DNA of 64,000 nucleotides, from the IMG/VR virus record IMGVR_UViG_3300042305_001483; one strand, written 5' to 3'. The translations under genes were made by a program, and so were the position numbers. Positions within the stretch are counted from its first letter, which is position 1. The number at the start of each line of letters is the position of its first letter. Under the pieces are notes generated by a model. That model ran no database searches. It was not told where the DNA came from and saw only the letters and a program-made list of their open reading frames with translations. Origin of the DNA: a virus. Shown here in pieces: positions 1 through 10,420 of this stretch.

Positions 1-1
1 C

Positions 2-289
2 CTTTGTGATCGACTTCCTAGAAAAATTTTTAAATATAGGATATATTTTAAAAATAAATTTCCGCTAGATAAAAGACAGCAATTTCTTCAATGGGCTGAA
101 AAAAATTACGATAAAATTTCGCTCAGTTATACCAGCAAAAGATGGATGCGTGGTGAAAGATCGTGGGCACAAGATCCATTTGGATATGTAAAAGATGACA
201 AAAGTCTTAGCATGATCGGTCTTCAACTAAGCGGATTTGTTAAAAGTATTGATGAATTTGTCGAAAGGAATCAAGCATTGGTAACATAA
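2..289 (+). CDS. 3' part of a hypothetical protein running in from outside the window
   Basis: Open frame from base 2 (LCDRLPRKIFKYRIYF...NQALVT) to TAA at 287-289; not in the ORF track because it has no start. Confidence 0.75.
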   Translation, partial: LCDRLPRKIFKYRIYFKNKFPLDKRQQFLQWAEKNYDKISLSYTSKRWMRGERSWAQDPFGYVKDDKSLSMIGLQLSGFVKSIDEFVERNQALVT

Positions 290-300
290 ATATATGTTAC
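281..300 (+). promoter_or_regulatory. T4-type late promoter core TAAATA (287-292) inside an 8 bp hairpin next to the ATG at 302
   Basis: GTAACATA-AATA-TATGTTAC inverted repeat; TAAATA recurs ahead of many structural genes in this window. Confidence 0.6.
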
Positions 301-301
301 T

Positions 302-739
302 ATGCCAGCACTAAGTCAAAGTTTAACATTTACACAAAATTCAACCAGTACTGTTCTACTCAGTTACCCCAATACAGGAACAACCGCCCTTACCTATATT
401 AGCGACCGCATAAAAGGCGACGGCTATTATAACGGAAGTGGCGGTTTTCATACTGTTCAGTTACAAATTAGTGATTTTGTAGGAAAATTTTCAATTGAAG
501 GTTCTCTTGCATCAAATCCAACTTCAACTGACTGGTTTACAGTAGAGTTAGGATTGCCTAATAATCAAAGCATCGATACTTCAGGGTTGATCAGTGACGC
601 TAATATTACTTCTATTCAATATTCCACAGCAACAACTTTAGTTAAAACCTACAATTTTATAGGAAATTTAGTCTGGGTTAGAGCAAAAATTAGTGAATTT
701 ACAGAAGGTACTGTAAACAGCATCAAATATAATCACTAG
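302..739 (+). CDS. Hypothetical virion structural protein (beta-rich)
   Basis: S/T-rich 145 aa ORF after a late promoter, first in an operon with fibre genes. Confidence 0.55.
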   Translation: MPALSQSLTFTQNSTSTVLLSYPNTGTTALTYISDRIKGDGYYNGSGGFHTVQLQISDFVGKFSIEGSLASNPTSTDWFTVELGLPNNQSIDTSGLISDANITSIQYSTATTLVKTYNFIGNLVWVRAKISEFTEGTVNSIKYNH

Positions 740-749
740 GAATATACAA

Positions 750-3700
750 ATGGCCAAGCAAACAATTAACATAGGTACTGGTGAAACTTCAGGTGATGGC
801 GAAAGTTTAAGATCTGCTTTTCAAAAAGTAAATTCCAACTTTGACGAATTATATATTACACCCGGTATTTCCGGACCAAGTGGACCGACTGGTGCAGCAG
901 GAAGTAGTGGACCAACTGGTGCAGCAGGAAGTAGTGGACCAACTGGTGCAGCAGGAAGTAGTGGACCAAGTGGACCAACTGGTGCAGCAGGAAGTAGTGG
1001 ACCAAGTGGACCAACTGGTGCAGCAGGAAGTAGTGGACCAACCGGACCTCAAGATTTTTCAGCAATATCGGAGCACGTTTTACCGGCAGCAGATTTAACC
1101 TACGATCTTGGATCTACCTCTAGTCAATGGCGTAGTTTGTATGTTGGCACAGGAACAATTTATATCGGTGGAATTCCTTTAAGTGTAACAACCAGTGGTT
1201 CTTTAACGATTAGTGGATCTCCTGTAGTTACATACAGCACTAGTGGTAATTTTGTTGTTAATGGTAACACAGTATTAGGCGGCGGTCTACATACTATCAC
1301 TGTTCCAGCTGAAGTAGGTTCTACTTACAAAGGCCTACACGTAGCCTATGGTAGAGTGCATTCTAACGGTAATTCCAGCGAACTTAATGTTAGTAAAATT
1401 GTCATACACAAACCAGCAGCATCTACAGTAACCATAGACCCTGTAGGCAATCGAGATGATTTTCGAGTCAGCGAAATCAGCAGCAGTGATGTCCTTGCTA
1501 TGTTTGTCTTATACGGCAATGTCAACGGTGCTAAACCTTTAACCGATTTACAGGCATTCGCTGAAGCAGCTATTGACACAGTTATTCTAGATGAGGGACA
1601 GGAAGGTGTGTATAACAGTGTAGAACAAATGAAAACATTGTTCTACGAAAATCATGAAACTCTAGCAGCAGCAGCAAATGGTCTAGACACTGACTTTGTA
1701 TTTTATAGGACCAGCTTATCTACACTTAATGGCGGCCCAACTGTAACACGTCAAGGTTCGGGAGCAGTATTTGATGTAAGTAATAACGGCGACGGAACTT
1801 ATTCTATTGCGTCAATTGTTAACAGCGGAACTAACTATCTACCAGGACATAGAATCAGCATATCAGGAGAAATATTTGGCGCTACTGTTGGTGCGGCATC
1901 TGCTATGATAGTAACCAACGGACCTAATCTTAACTGGTCTAATACCGACGTATCTGGAGCCGACGGAATGGATTTCTCATTCACGGTAGACGAAAATGGT
2001 AATGCCACAGTTACTAATATTACTAATGGCGGCACTGATAAGACTGTTGGATACACATTTACCTTACTAGGAACTGCATTAGGTCTAGCAACTCCGGCAG
2101 ATGATATTAATTTTGAAGTAACCGCAATTACTTTTGCTCCCTACGATGCCATAATCACAGTTACATCAGTGACTGATACTACTATTGTTGCTGTCGAAGT
2201 CACTGGCACTGCGCCAGACTCTAGTTCAACAGTTTATACAAATGTCACTGGCACAAACTATAATGTAGGTTCAGGATTTACTGTAGCCAGTGTATCCAGT
2301 AGTAGTATTAGTTCAAACAGTATAGGAACTAACTATGTTGTAGGTGATGTCTTAACTCTATTAGGAGAAAACATCACCAACGGCACAACTCCAACAAACA
2401 ACATTACTATAACAATCGACGCCGTTGACGGCCTTGGCCAAGCATATAATTATACTAGTTCAGGAACAATACCACAAGTTTGGCCAACTAATAATATCAA
2501 CGACGGTGGTAACGATCAATACGATACAGCCAACTATATTAGAACCAATCTTGCCGATCGAATATCCTATAACAATGGCGCGACTGTAGTAGACGGAACA
2601 GCAGCATTTGGCACAGGAAGTTCTTACAGTTTTGTTTACAACACCGGAACATTTGGTCTGTTTGCCACAGGAACTAGTGTTACCTTTGTCGAAACCAATG
2701 GTAACAGCGGTGCTGACAGCAACAGCATTACTGATTCAGGACATATTTACGGTCCAAGCACAACAACATCAACCTATGACAATGCTGTTACACACCTTAA
2801 TCTTGTAGGTGATGTTTATGCTGGTCCGCTGGTAACTTTTGTAAAAGCTGACAATACCAATACTGTTGACATTATAATCGCAGACGATGGTGATGGAGCA
2901 GGTGTTGGCATTACTAGAGGCGAAGAAAACGGTATATACAATCCGTATAGAGAAGACGGTTGGGACAGTGATGTTAGCCCTAGCGGCACACTATGGAACA
3001 TAGATGGATGGAATGATTTAAGCAATGTAGAGTCAAGAACCTACAGAAACTTGTATGCAGCATTCGGCAATGGCGGATTAGGTAATAAGATTGTAGGCGC
3101 AGAGTGCGTGATGTATCTGCCAGACAACGGCAAATACTATGCCGTTAAATTTACTCAATGGACACAAGGTGGCGGCGGTGGATTTGCTTACACTCGCAGA
3201 GAACTAGATCTCGAAAGTCTACAAGAAGGCATACGTTTCAACGACGGTTCTGTATTGAAATCCGCAGAAGGCATCGGTCGTGTTAAGTTAGAATCACCGG
3301 GCAATCGTAGAATTGAAGAAGTCTATGGATTTAAGCAAGTCGTAGTCACTGAAATAATTACTACTAATCTAACTGCTACAGCATCAAGAAGTGCGGTAAG
3401 CGAGAATAGAATCTGGGTCGACACTACTACAACTACAATAGATAATGTACTAAACAATTATACTCTTGCTGGAATTTGGGATAGTAATACTATAGAATTT
3501 AGTTTAGATAATGCCACTTGGTACAAGTATAACGGTGGAATCAGCGCTGACGGGAACGAAAGAGCATATGGATTAAATCTTCCTGGTGGTATTTTAAACT
3601 ACAACGCGGGTGATACGGTTTGGTTTAGATACAGCACAGGGGGAGAACCTGTGATATGGTGGGATAAGAATGAACTACCCGGAGGGGGAGGCTACTTCCG

Positions 3701-3959
3701 TGGTGCTGTTATAGACTATCATGCCTACGATCGTAATGCAGGAACATTAGTTGGCACCATACACATTGTCGATGATAATGGTAACGAACATGTAGCCCAC
3801 ACCGAAGTTACTAGTGGTGGCACTGAAAGTGAAAATGTAATACTGTGGCTGCAGGACAACGAAGGCCAACTCAAGTTTAGGCGTATAGACGGTGTCGGAA
3901 CTACTATAAAAATACAGTGGACTGCTAAAGTATTCTACGGTTCAGAAACTTGGGATTAA
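750..3959 (+). CDS. Tail-fibre/appendage-like protein with gp9/gp10-like N-terminus and collagen-like segment
   Basis: MAKQTINIG...[22 protein letters not shown]-terminus, Gly-X-Y repeats, [12 protein letters not shown] motif, repeated G-rich beta modules. Confidence 0.7.
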   Translation: MAKQTINIGTGETSGDGESLRSAFQKVNSNFDELYITPGISGPSGPTGAAGSSGPTGAAGSSGPTGAAGSSGPSGPTGAAGSSGPSGPTGAAGSSGPTGPQDFSAISEHVLPAADLTYDLGSTSSQWRSLYVGTGTIYIGGIPLSVTTSGSLTISGSPVVTYSTSGNFVVNGNTVLGGGLHTITVPAEVGSTYKGLHVAYGRVHSNGNSSELNVSKIVIHKPAASTVTIDPVGNRDDFRVSEISSSDVLAMFVLYGNVNGAKPLTDLQAFAEAAIDTVILDEGQEGVYNSVEQMKTLFYENHETLAAAANGLDTDFVFYRTSLSTLNGGPTVTRQGSGAVFDVSNNGDGTYSIASIVNSGTNYLPGHRISISGEIFGATVGAASAMIVTNGPNLNWSNTDVSGADGMDFSFTVDENGNATVTNITNGGTDKTVGYTFTLLGTALGLATPADDINFEVTAITFAPYDAIITVTSVTDTTIVAVEVTGTAPDSSSTVYTNVTGTNYNVGSGFTVASVSSSSISSNSIGTNYVVGDVLTLLGENITNGTTPTNNITITIDAVDGLGQAYNYTSSGTIPQVWPTNNINDGGNDQYDTANYIRTNLADRISYNNGATVVDGTAAFGTGSSYSFVYNTGTFGLFATGTSVTFVETNGNSGADSNSITDSGHIYGPSTTTSTYDNAVTHLNLVGDVYAGPLVTFVKADNTNTVDIIIADDGDGAGVGITRGEENGIYNPYREDGWDSDVSPSGTLWNIDGWNDLSNVESRTYRNLYAAFGNGGLGNKIVGAECVMYLPDNGKYYAVKFTQWTQGGGGGFAYTRRELDLESLQEGIRFNDGSVLKSAEGIGRVKLESPGNRRIEEVYGFKQVVVTEIITTNLTATASRSAVSENRIWVDTTTTTIDNVLNNYTLAGIWDSNTIEFSLDNATWYKYNGGISADGNERAYGLNLPGGILNYNAGDTVWFRYSTGGEPVIWWDKNELPGGGGYFRGAVIDYHAYDRNAGTLVGTIHIVDDNGNEHVAHTEVTSGGTESENVILWLQDNEGQLKFRRIDGVGTTIKIQWTAKVFYGSETWD
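873..1048 (+). repeat. Tandem repeat encoding collagen-like (GPTGAAGSS)n
   Basis: Five near-identical 27 bp units GGACCAACTGGTGCAGCAGGAAGTAGT with interspersed 9 bp GGACCAAGT units. Confidence 0.95.
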
Positions 3960-3974
3960 TTAGGGGCAAAATAA

Positions 3975-6044
3975 ATGACACGAGTAAGAAGACTAAACGT
4001 AAGTCAAGTTGAAGGTGGAGGATCAAACGATAACAATACCAACAAAATTCGCCCCTACGGTGAACTTGCTCTTTATGTTGGTGATAACAATAAATTAGAA
4101 CTGTTAATGTTTGACGGTGTTCGCACACATGTAAACAGCAAAGTTTTAAGCAAAGGCACATTCTACGGTGGAGATGCCGACAGCAGTGACGGATTAAATT
4201 ATGATTCTATTAAATTAGTTCCTGATGAGTTCTTAAGACGAGACGGTAGTGACCAATATGTTATCATTGAACCTACAGGCGGCGAACCAGGACATGTTCA
4301 CATTAGAGCAGGTGGCTCTATAGATTCTAGCACTGCCGACTTATTTTTAGGCGGTGAAAAAAATAATGTGCGTGTCAGTGACACTAATGATCGTGTGACT
4401 ATTACCACAGATGCTGGTTTTGACGATATTACACGCACTTGGACTTTTGACGCCAACGGTGATTTAGTGTTTCCCGGAGCAACTAGTAAAATAGGTGAAA
4501 GCGAACCTGGACTGGTAGTATTCAGCGATAACAGATTTGCCATATTAACCAACGCAGCTACTACATCAAGCCAATCTTGGATATTTGATACAGATGGCGA
4601 TTTAACATTTCCTAGTAATCTGGTTATAACTCCTATAGGCGATTTTGCTCCAGTAACTGGAACATTCATTACTCAAGCTCCTGGTGAATTTTTAGGTATA
4701 GTTTCAACAGGAGACGGGGGTGGCAGTCAAATAGGTTGGGCAGAAAATGCCTTTGTTCCAGGTAGGACGGCCGCATTAGCATTTAATGCCGGTAATGCTG
4801 GAGATGTGGATATCATAACCGGTGACTACACAGGGACTGTTTATACTTGGATTTTTAGAGCAAATGGTATTCTAGAATTACCTGGCGGTGGGGAAATTAC
4901 ATCCAATGAAATCACCAATGAAGTATTTGGAACTACAACAACTTCTTTAACATTAGTTCCGGCTGGTGCAACTGACGCAGGTCAGCGTTTAGAAATATAC
5001 TCAACTATCGGAGATGAAGGTAATCATTTACATCTAACTTCTGGTAGCACATCTACTGAACTATATTTAGGTAATGATTCTCAATATGTTAAATTAGGCT
5101 CATCGGGTGAAATAGAAGTCAGTGCCCAAAGTGGATTGACGTTGCGTGGCGAAGGAGCAGGGTCTTATGCCTACCTAACATTACCAAACAATGTTGATTC
5201 GTCATCGACTATGGTAACATTGAACAATTCCAATGGTGATGTTTTAATACGAGCAGCAGAACCCAGTGACCCAGCTCCTCAACAATGGGCTTTTGGTAAA
5301 GATGGTAGTTTAAAATTTACAGATGGCACATCAACTATTAGAGCTCTTAATACAACCACCGACGGCCTACCAGGATTGAGTTTATTTGCTCCAGAGAGAA
5401 TATTCCTTGGCATTAGTGGCACAAGCACAAATTGGAGTTGGGACTTTAGAAACTACGGTCAAAGTGACTACTCTACAGATAAAAAACCTGCGGTAATGTT
5501 GCCGGGCGGTAGCGTAATTGAGGAAGATCTAACAAATCCTCTATTGAATAATGGAATGGCGGGTCCATTGACCGTAAGCAGCCAAGATAACTTAACTTTA
5601 AGAACTAATACTTTAGACGAAGCGCAATCTCCGACAGCAACTTACGATTGGGTGTTCGGTAAAGATGGCGTCTTAACATTCCCTAACGATGATTTAACGG
5701 TTAGCAGTATTGAAAACGAGTCAAGAATATGGACAACGGCCACAGACATCACCGTATACCGCAACGGTCAAGATGGTTATGGCATAAAAGAAAATGAAGT
5801 AAGTGTCTATGTTAGTAACAGTAAAATCACTCAAGTTGTTCCAACAGGTTTAGAGATAGTCAACGGTTCATTAAAATTCCCAGACTCTACCATACAGACT
5901 ACTGCTTTTATAATTGGAACTGCTCCACTAAGTTCCACATCTACAGGCACAGCAGGAACAATTGCATACGATGCAAGTTATTTTTATGTTTGCACCGCAA
6001 CCAATAGCTGGCAAAGAATTGGTTGGGATCCAACACCTTGGTAA
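3975..6044 (+). CDS. Tail-fibre-like protein with repeated WxFxxDGxLxFP modules
   Basis: Five WxFxx(D/N)GxLx(F/L) repeats; C-terminal GTAGTIAYDASYFYVCTATNSWQR motif typical of phage fibres. Confidence 0.65.
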   Translation: MTRVRRLNVSQVEGGGSNDNNTNKIRPYGELALYVGDNNKLELLMFDGVRTHVNSKVLSKGTFYGGDADSSDGLNYDSIKLVPDEFLRRDGSDQYVIIEPTGGEPGHVHIRAGGSIDSSTADLFLGGEKNNVRVSDTNDRVTITTDAGFDDITRTWTFDANGDLVFPGATSKIGESEPGLVVFSDNRFAILTNAATTSSQSWIFDTDGDLTFPSNLVITPIGDFAPVTGTFITQAPGEFLGIVSTGDGGGSQIGWAENAFVPGRTAALAFNAGNAGDVDIITGDYTGTVYTWIFRANGILELPGGGEITSNEITNEVFGTTTTSLTLVPAGATDAGQRLEIYSTIGDEGNHLHLTSGSTSTELYLGNDSQYVKLGSSGEIEVSAQSGLTLRGEGAGSYAYLTLPNNVDSSSTMVTLNNSNGDVLIRAAEPSDPAPQQWAFGKDGSLKFTDGTSTIRALNTTTDGLPGLSLFAPERIFLGISGTSTNWSWDFRNYGQSDYSTDKKPAVMLPGGSVIEEDLTNPLLNNGMAGPLTVSSQDNLTLRTNTLDEAQSPTATYDWVFGKDGVLTFPNDDLTVSSIENESRIWTTATDITVYRNGQDGYGIKENEVSVYVSNSKITQVVPTGLEIVNGSLKFPDSTIQTTAFIIGTAPLSSTSTGTAGTIAYDASYFYVCTATNSWQRIGWDPTPW

Positions 6045-6047
6045 ATA
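6042..6047 (+). promoter_or_regulatory. Late promoter core TAAATA
   Basis: 7 nt upstream of the ATG at 6055; no Shine-Dalgarno in between. Confidence 0.55.
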
Positions 6048-6054
6048 TTAAATT

Positions 6055-6537
6055 ATGCGTATACTAGACTTAATCGAATCAGATAATACTATTAGAACTG
6101 GAGATGTATTTGCTCTAGAGCTTGATAACGGACTTCTTATAGAATCTGTTATCGTTGGATTTATGAATGACGGAGTTGTTATTCAAGGTGATGACACGGT
6201 GTTATCATATCTATCACATACCCCTGTCCAAGAATCTATCACTAAATTTACAGAAATGCAACTGGCAATCATGGAGGGCGGTGGCAGTCTTGATGAAGCC
6301 GAATATCAAGGACGCAATGTTCAGTTAGGTAAACCCATGTCTGGTGATGTTAAAAAATCTAAAGTTTATGTAAAAGGTCCAAAAGGAAATGTTGTCAAAG
6401 TCAATTTTGGCGATAAAAAGATGAAGATTAAAAAGTCTAATCCTAAACGTCGCAAAAGTTTTAGGGCTAGACATAATTGTGCTAATCCCGGGCCGCGGTG
6501 GAAAGCAAGATATTGGTCTTGCAGAGCATGGGAGTAA
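6055..6537 (+). CDS. Probable internal head protein with basic C-terminal domain
   Basis: Leader MRILDLIE; internal LDE then a basic domain RRKSFRARHNC...KARYWSC that I recognise from T4-like phage proteins. Confidence 0.55.
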   Translation: MRILDLIESDNTIRTGDVFALELDNGLLIESVIVGFMNDGVVIQGDDTVLSYLSHTPVQESITKFTEMQLAIMEGGGSLDEAEYQGRNVQLGKPMSGDVKKSKVYVKGPKGNVVKVNFGDKKMKIKKSNPKRRKSFRARHNCANPGPRWKARYWSCRAWE

Positions 6538-6541
6538 TCTA

Positions 6542-6907
6542 ATGTTCTTAAAAGAATTTTTCAGCAAACCTATTGACATTGATCATAATCAAAAAAATAA
6601 AAATCAAATGCAAAATTTTGACGATGACTTATTTTGGTTTATTTTAGATAATGATCGGTTGCATAAAGAACATTTTTTTCCAATTTCTAAAAAAATAAAA
6701 TCATTAGACGAATGTGGCGATCGACAAATATACGAATTGTTTATGCCAATGGTCGTAGACGGTTGTAAAAACTTTTATGAAGACAAAAAAATGTCCGGTA
6801 GGATGAATAAAAAATTTCCTCAAGAAATGAGAGAAGGCATTTGTAAAAGGTTGTATGACCACTATTGTGAAAATTATGGTTTGAGAAATAAAAATGAAAA
6901 TCTTTGA
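6542..6907 (+). CDS. Hypothetical protein, probable head protein (start moved from 6479 to ATG 6542)
   Basis: GGAG at 6531 then ATG 6542 in frame; begins MFLKEFF; removes the overlap with the upstream gene. Confidence 0.6.
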   Translation: MFLKEFFSKPIDIDHNQKNKNQMQNFDDDLFWFILDNDRLHKEHFFPISKKIKSLDECGDRQIYELFMPMVVDGCKNFYEDKKMSGRMNKKFPQEMREGICKRLYDHYCENYGLRNKNENL

Positions 6908-9900
6908 AATTATAAATATCTTTCAAAATAAAAAATTAACTGAAGGCGGTAATGCTCAAGTCGCCGATAGAGATAATCCAGAGATTGTATATTCTGCTGA
7001 AAAAATTGATCTTGAAAAAACTAACAGAACTCAGGCTGCTAATTTAGTAAAACAAACAATTAATGCGTTGAATCAAAGTTTTCAATCCATTTATAAAGAA
7101 CCAATTTTTGGAGAAGAATTATTTAAATCAAACGAATATTTAAGCGGAAGTTCTAAACACTTTTTTAATACTGCTGGAATTTCAGATCAAGAATTTACAA
7201 AATATAAACAAAAAGTCGGCGATATCGATGTACAATGCGATGTAGATCAAAAACCACAGATACAAAAATTTTTAGATGATCATTATAAACAACAGTTTGG
7301 TCCAGGAAGATTATTGGGATATTCTTCTTCTGCGGAACAATTCAATTCAATTTTTCGTATCGACGAAATTGGACTAAATGTTCAAATTGATTTTGAATTT
7401 GGGCAATATGATAAAGAATTAGGTCACCCCACCGAATGGTATAAATTTAGTCATAGTTCAGAGTGGGACGATATTACCGCAGGCATTAAGGGTGTATTTC
7501 ATAAATGGATTTACAGAGCATTACCTGCTGCTAAAGTAACTCCAAAGCACATAGCAGCATATAAAGGCTCGGGAAAAAATCGTGCTATTAATATAGAACC
7601 AGAACCTACTCAATCAAAAGATATAAGTTTTGCAGTAGGAAGCAGTCAGGGAGGTGGAGCAAGTTATAAATTCTCTCCTTACTTAGATCCGCAAACTGGA
7701 AAACCTATGGATATAAAAGGTGTTCCTGTACAACAAGAATTGCCCAGCGCTCAAAGAACTTATATACAAAATTTAGATCAACAGTTCGAAATGTTTTTTG
7801 GAGTGCAGCCCAGCGGAAACGATAAAACTTTACAAAAAAGTTATGTAGGGACTTTAGAACTAATGAACAAATATTTAGATCAAAGTCAAATAACTGCTGC
7901 ATTTGAAGAATTTATAAAAATTTGTTTTGACGAAGCAGCACAGATGATCGATCGAGATAATCCAGAATCCGATGCTGAGGCAAAATTTGCCGCAATTGAT
8001 AAAGGACTAGAAATTTTAAAAATTTCAAACAAAAAACAATTACGAGATCAAGCAGTAGCAATGGCAAAAATATATTCAGATGAATATTTTGATTTACAAC
8101 AATTTAAGAAATGGTTTGATAGTTTACCTAAAGAAAAACAAGATGCTATCAATGTAACCAGCAAAGGTGCTGCTAGAAAAGATATTCAGTATAATTCTCT
8201 TAGAAAAAAATTAAAAGCAGCCGGACAATGGCCTATTAATGTATTAACAGAAGAAGATGCCAAGCCAAATTATGGTAGGCAAGGTATTGAACACATTTAT
8301 AGTCGTAGACCCGACGGTACTCCAAGTAGTACAGAAATGAAGCCTGCTGCATTCGTAGAATTATGCGACGAAATAGCACAACTAGGCGGAAATTTAGATA
8401 ATATACAGATAAATTTAAAAGTCGACGGAATGGGTATGAGATTCGGTAAAGACGAATCTGGAGAGCCATTTTTTATTACTAGCAGTAGATCAGATCCAGT
8501 TAGATTAAAAGATGTAGGATCATTCTTGGCTTATAATCAAGAATTAGTAAAAAAAGGTGAATTAGATCCGAACAGCGAATTAGGTAAAGCCGCAATTGCA
8601 AGAGCAATTAATTATGACAAGGCTGCTGAAACAATTTTAAAAAGTAAATTTATTCAAACTTTACCCCCCGACACAATTGTACAAGCAGAAATGATGTACG
8701 ATTCGAATATGACTCCAGACAGTCAAGGATTTAAAACATTTGTTAATATTCCTTACGATGTAAAAAAATTAGGGAAAGTAATGACGTTGGCCCCGTTCAT
8801 GGTTAAAAAGTATTCAACTAAAGAACGAATACCCGATGAACAAAATATAATTAAAAAATTACTATCAACAAGTGATTCTAACATTAAAATTATTTCAAAC
8901 GAATTAGATCAATCAGGAATAAATGTTGGTAAAATAATTGCTCCTGTTGTCAATTTGCCTGCAGATTTGCGGGCAACACTGACTAGCAGAAAACCAGCAG
9001 ACAGAGCCATTAGAGATGCTCAAGTAATTCCTGTATTAGATAAAGCAAGGGCAGAATTAAGTAAGGCAATTATTGATAGTCCAAAATTAAAAGGTATGGA
9101 TATGCTAGGCCCATACAACGAAGGTATTGTTGGAAACATGCCTAGTGGAAGACTATTTAAAGTTACAAGTCCCTTGATGAAAGAAAAAATATTACAAAAG
9201 CAATCATTTGGATCTGTTGAAAAAAGATCTGCGGTTGTTGCCATGGGTAGTTTTGCTGGACATAGAGGTCATGAACAGTTAATAAGTATTGCCATAGATA
9301 GAGCAAATAAAGAAGGAGCGACTCCATTTGTATATGTAGGTGGTAAAGTAGGACCAGATGATCCATTTCCTGTAGAAACAAAATTAGAAACTCTTAGAAA
9401 ACTATTTCCAGGAGTAGGCATATTAAGTGTAGACGCACAATTTGATTTACAAACAGATAAAGCAACAATTGGTCAATTTGGTAAGAAAGTCGAATATGAA
9501 CTAATGAAAAAACCGCCGTATTTTAATCATATTATTATAGCAGTAGGCGAAGACAGAAAAGCATTTGCAGATGGGTTAGTTGCATGGGCAACCAATAGAT
9601 TTGGAAACCATCCAAATCTAAAGCATGTTAAATGGGAAGAAGATATAAGTTCTCGAAATGAAGAAGCAGGCGGAACTGGTGTAAGCACTACTCAAATGAG
9701 AAATGCATTAAAAACTATGCCTGAAAATCAAGCCCTTCAAATATGGAGCAAAGGTTTTAATGTAGAAAAATTAGGTGTTGAATATATCAAACACCTAATG
9801 GATGTTGCAAGAAAAAATATGAATATCCAACCTCCCGCTGCTGCTCCCGTAGTAGAATCATCTATATTTGATCCTGTACCTGGAAAAATAAATGTAGGTG

Positions 9901-10151
9901 ATTTAGTTTCATTTAAAGGTTCTAGCGAAACATGGAAAGTAATAGCAGTTAATTTAGATCGATCTAAAGCAAAAATAAAATCAGTTGACACAGGAATGAT
10001 TCATAAATTCGACACTGAAAATCTTTATAAAATTAATAATAAAGATTATACATCAGAAACTAGATTGTTTAATGCACTATTAAGGTTAAATTTTACCAAT
10101 GAAACAGTATTACATCACTCAAGAAAATATCGCACAAGACAGCCCCGATGA
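6894..10151 (+). CDS. Multidomain nucleotidyltransferase: Pol-beta-type NTase + ATP-dependent ligase-like domain + HxGH (cytidylyltransferase/NadD-like) domain + SH3/KOW-like tail
   Basis: LSGSS..GDIDV..VQIDF; KVDG..QAEM..EGIV..FKV; HRGH..VGEDR..VSTTQMR; VGDLVSFKGSSETWKV. Confidence 0.7.
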   Translation: MKIFEIINIFQNKKLTEGGNAQVADRDNPEIVYSAEKIDLEKTNRTQAANLVKQTINALNQSFQSIYKEPIFGEELFKSNEYLSGSSKHFFNTAGISDQEFTKYKQKVGDIDVQCDVDQKPQIQKFLDDHYKQQFGPGRLLGYSSSAEQFNSIFRIDEIGLNVQIDFEFGQYDKELGHPTEWYKFSHSSEWDDITAGIKGVFHKWIYRALPAAKVTPKHIAAYKGSGKNRAINIEPEPTQSKDISFAVGSSQGGGASYKFSPYLDPQTGKPMDIKGVPVQQELPSAQRTYIQNLDQQFEMFFGVQPSGNDKTLQKSYVGTLELMNKYLDQSQITAAFEEFIKICFDEAAQMIDRDNPESDAEAKFAAIDKGLEILKISNKKQLRDQAVAMAKIYSDEYFDLQQFKKWFDSLPKEKQDAINVTSKGAARKDIQYNSLRKKLKAAGQWPINVLTEEDAKPNYGRQGIEHIYSRRPDGTPSSTEMKPAAFVELCDEIAQLGGNLDNIQINLKVDGMGMRFGKDESGEPFFITSSRSDPVRLKDVGSFLAYNQELVKKGELDPNSELGKAAIARAINYDKAAETILKSKFIQTLPPDTIVQAEMMYDSNMTPDSQGFKTFVNIPYDVKKLGKVMTLAPFMVKKYSTKERIPDEQNIIKKLLSTSDSNIKIISNELDQSGINVGKIIAPVVNLPADLRATLTSRKPADRAIRDAQVIPVLDKARAELSKAIIDSPKLKGMDMLGPYNEGIVGNMPSGRLFKVTSPLMKEKILQKQSFGSVEKRSAVVAMGSFAGHRGHEQLISIAIDRANKEGATPFVYVGGKVGPDDPFPVETKLETLRKLFPGVGILSVDAQFDLQTDKATIGQFGKKVEYELMKKPPYFNHIIIAVGEDRKAFADGLVAWATNRFGNHPNLKHVKWEEDISSRNEEAGGTGVSTTQMRNALKTMPENQALQIWSKGFNVEKLGVEYIKHLMDVARKNMNIQPPAAAPVVESSIFDPVPGKINVGDLVSFKGSSETWKVIAVNLDRSKAKIKSVDTGMIHKFDTENLYKINNKDYTSETRLFNALLRLNFTNETVLHHSRKYRTRQPR

Positions 10152-10407
10152 TTGCTATCTTGCACCCGACGATCCCGCACATCAAATAAAAAGACTTCAG
10201 TTTTTAGGAGGTCTAGGCGGACAAGCAAGATTAGCGGAATATAATCAACAGACTGCGCAATCTAGATTAAATCAAGGTGGTAACATTACAACAACCGCAG
10301 CAGAAAATGCTCGTATTATGCGTGAAAAAAATATTCAGCCAGGAACAGAAGAATGGTTTAAACTTTGGTTCAGTAAACCCTACCTAACTGGCGAACGTAA
10401 AATTTAA
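10099..10407 (+). CDS. Hypothetical protein, possibly head-associated
   Basis: 102 aa ORF in the late cluster with a PGTEEWFKLWFSKP motif; overlaps the upstream gene by 53 nt. Confidence 0.6.
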   Translation: MKQYYITQENIAQDSPDDCYLAPDDPAHQIKRLQFLGGLGGQARLAEYNQQTAQSRLNQGGNITTTAAENARIMREKNIQPGTEEWFKLWFSKPYLTGERKI

Positions 10408-10413
10408 TAAATA
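10408..10413 (+). promoter_or_regulatory. Late promoter core TAAATA
   Basis: 7 nt upstream of the dps ATG. Confidence 0.55.
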
Positions 10414-10420
10414 TACGATC

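Noticed and set aside
873-1048. Possible CRISPR array
   Set aside because: Units are contiguous with no unique spacers and lie in frame within a CDS
841-1098. Alternative-frame and antisense ORFs (841-1098 +, 849-1052 -, 856-1065 -) with repetitive peptides
   Set aside because: Shadows of the stop-free collagen tandem repeat; no independent start signals seen
750-6044. Diversity-generating retroelement targeting the fibre genes
   Set aside because: No reverse transcriptase and no template/variable repeat pair visible in the window
6911-6918. Exact TATAAATA late promoter
   Set aside because: Inside the 6894 CDS with no suitable start downstream; plausible by chance in AT-rich DNA
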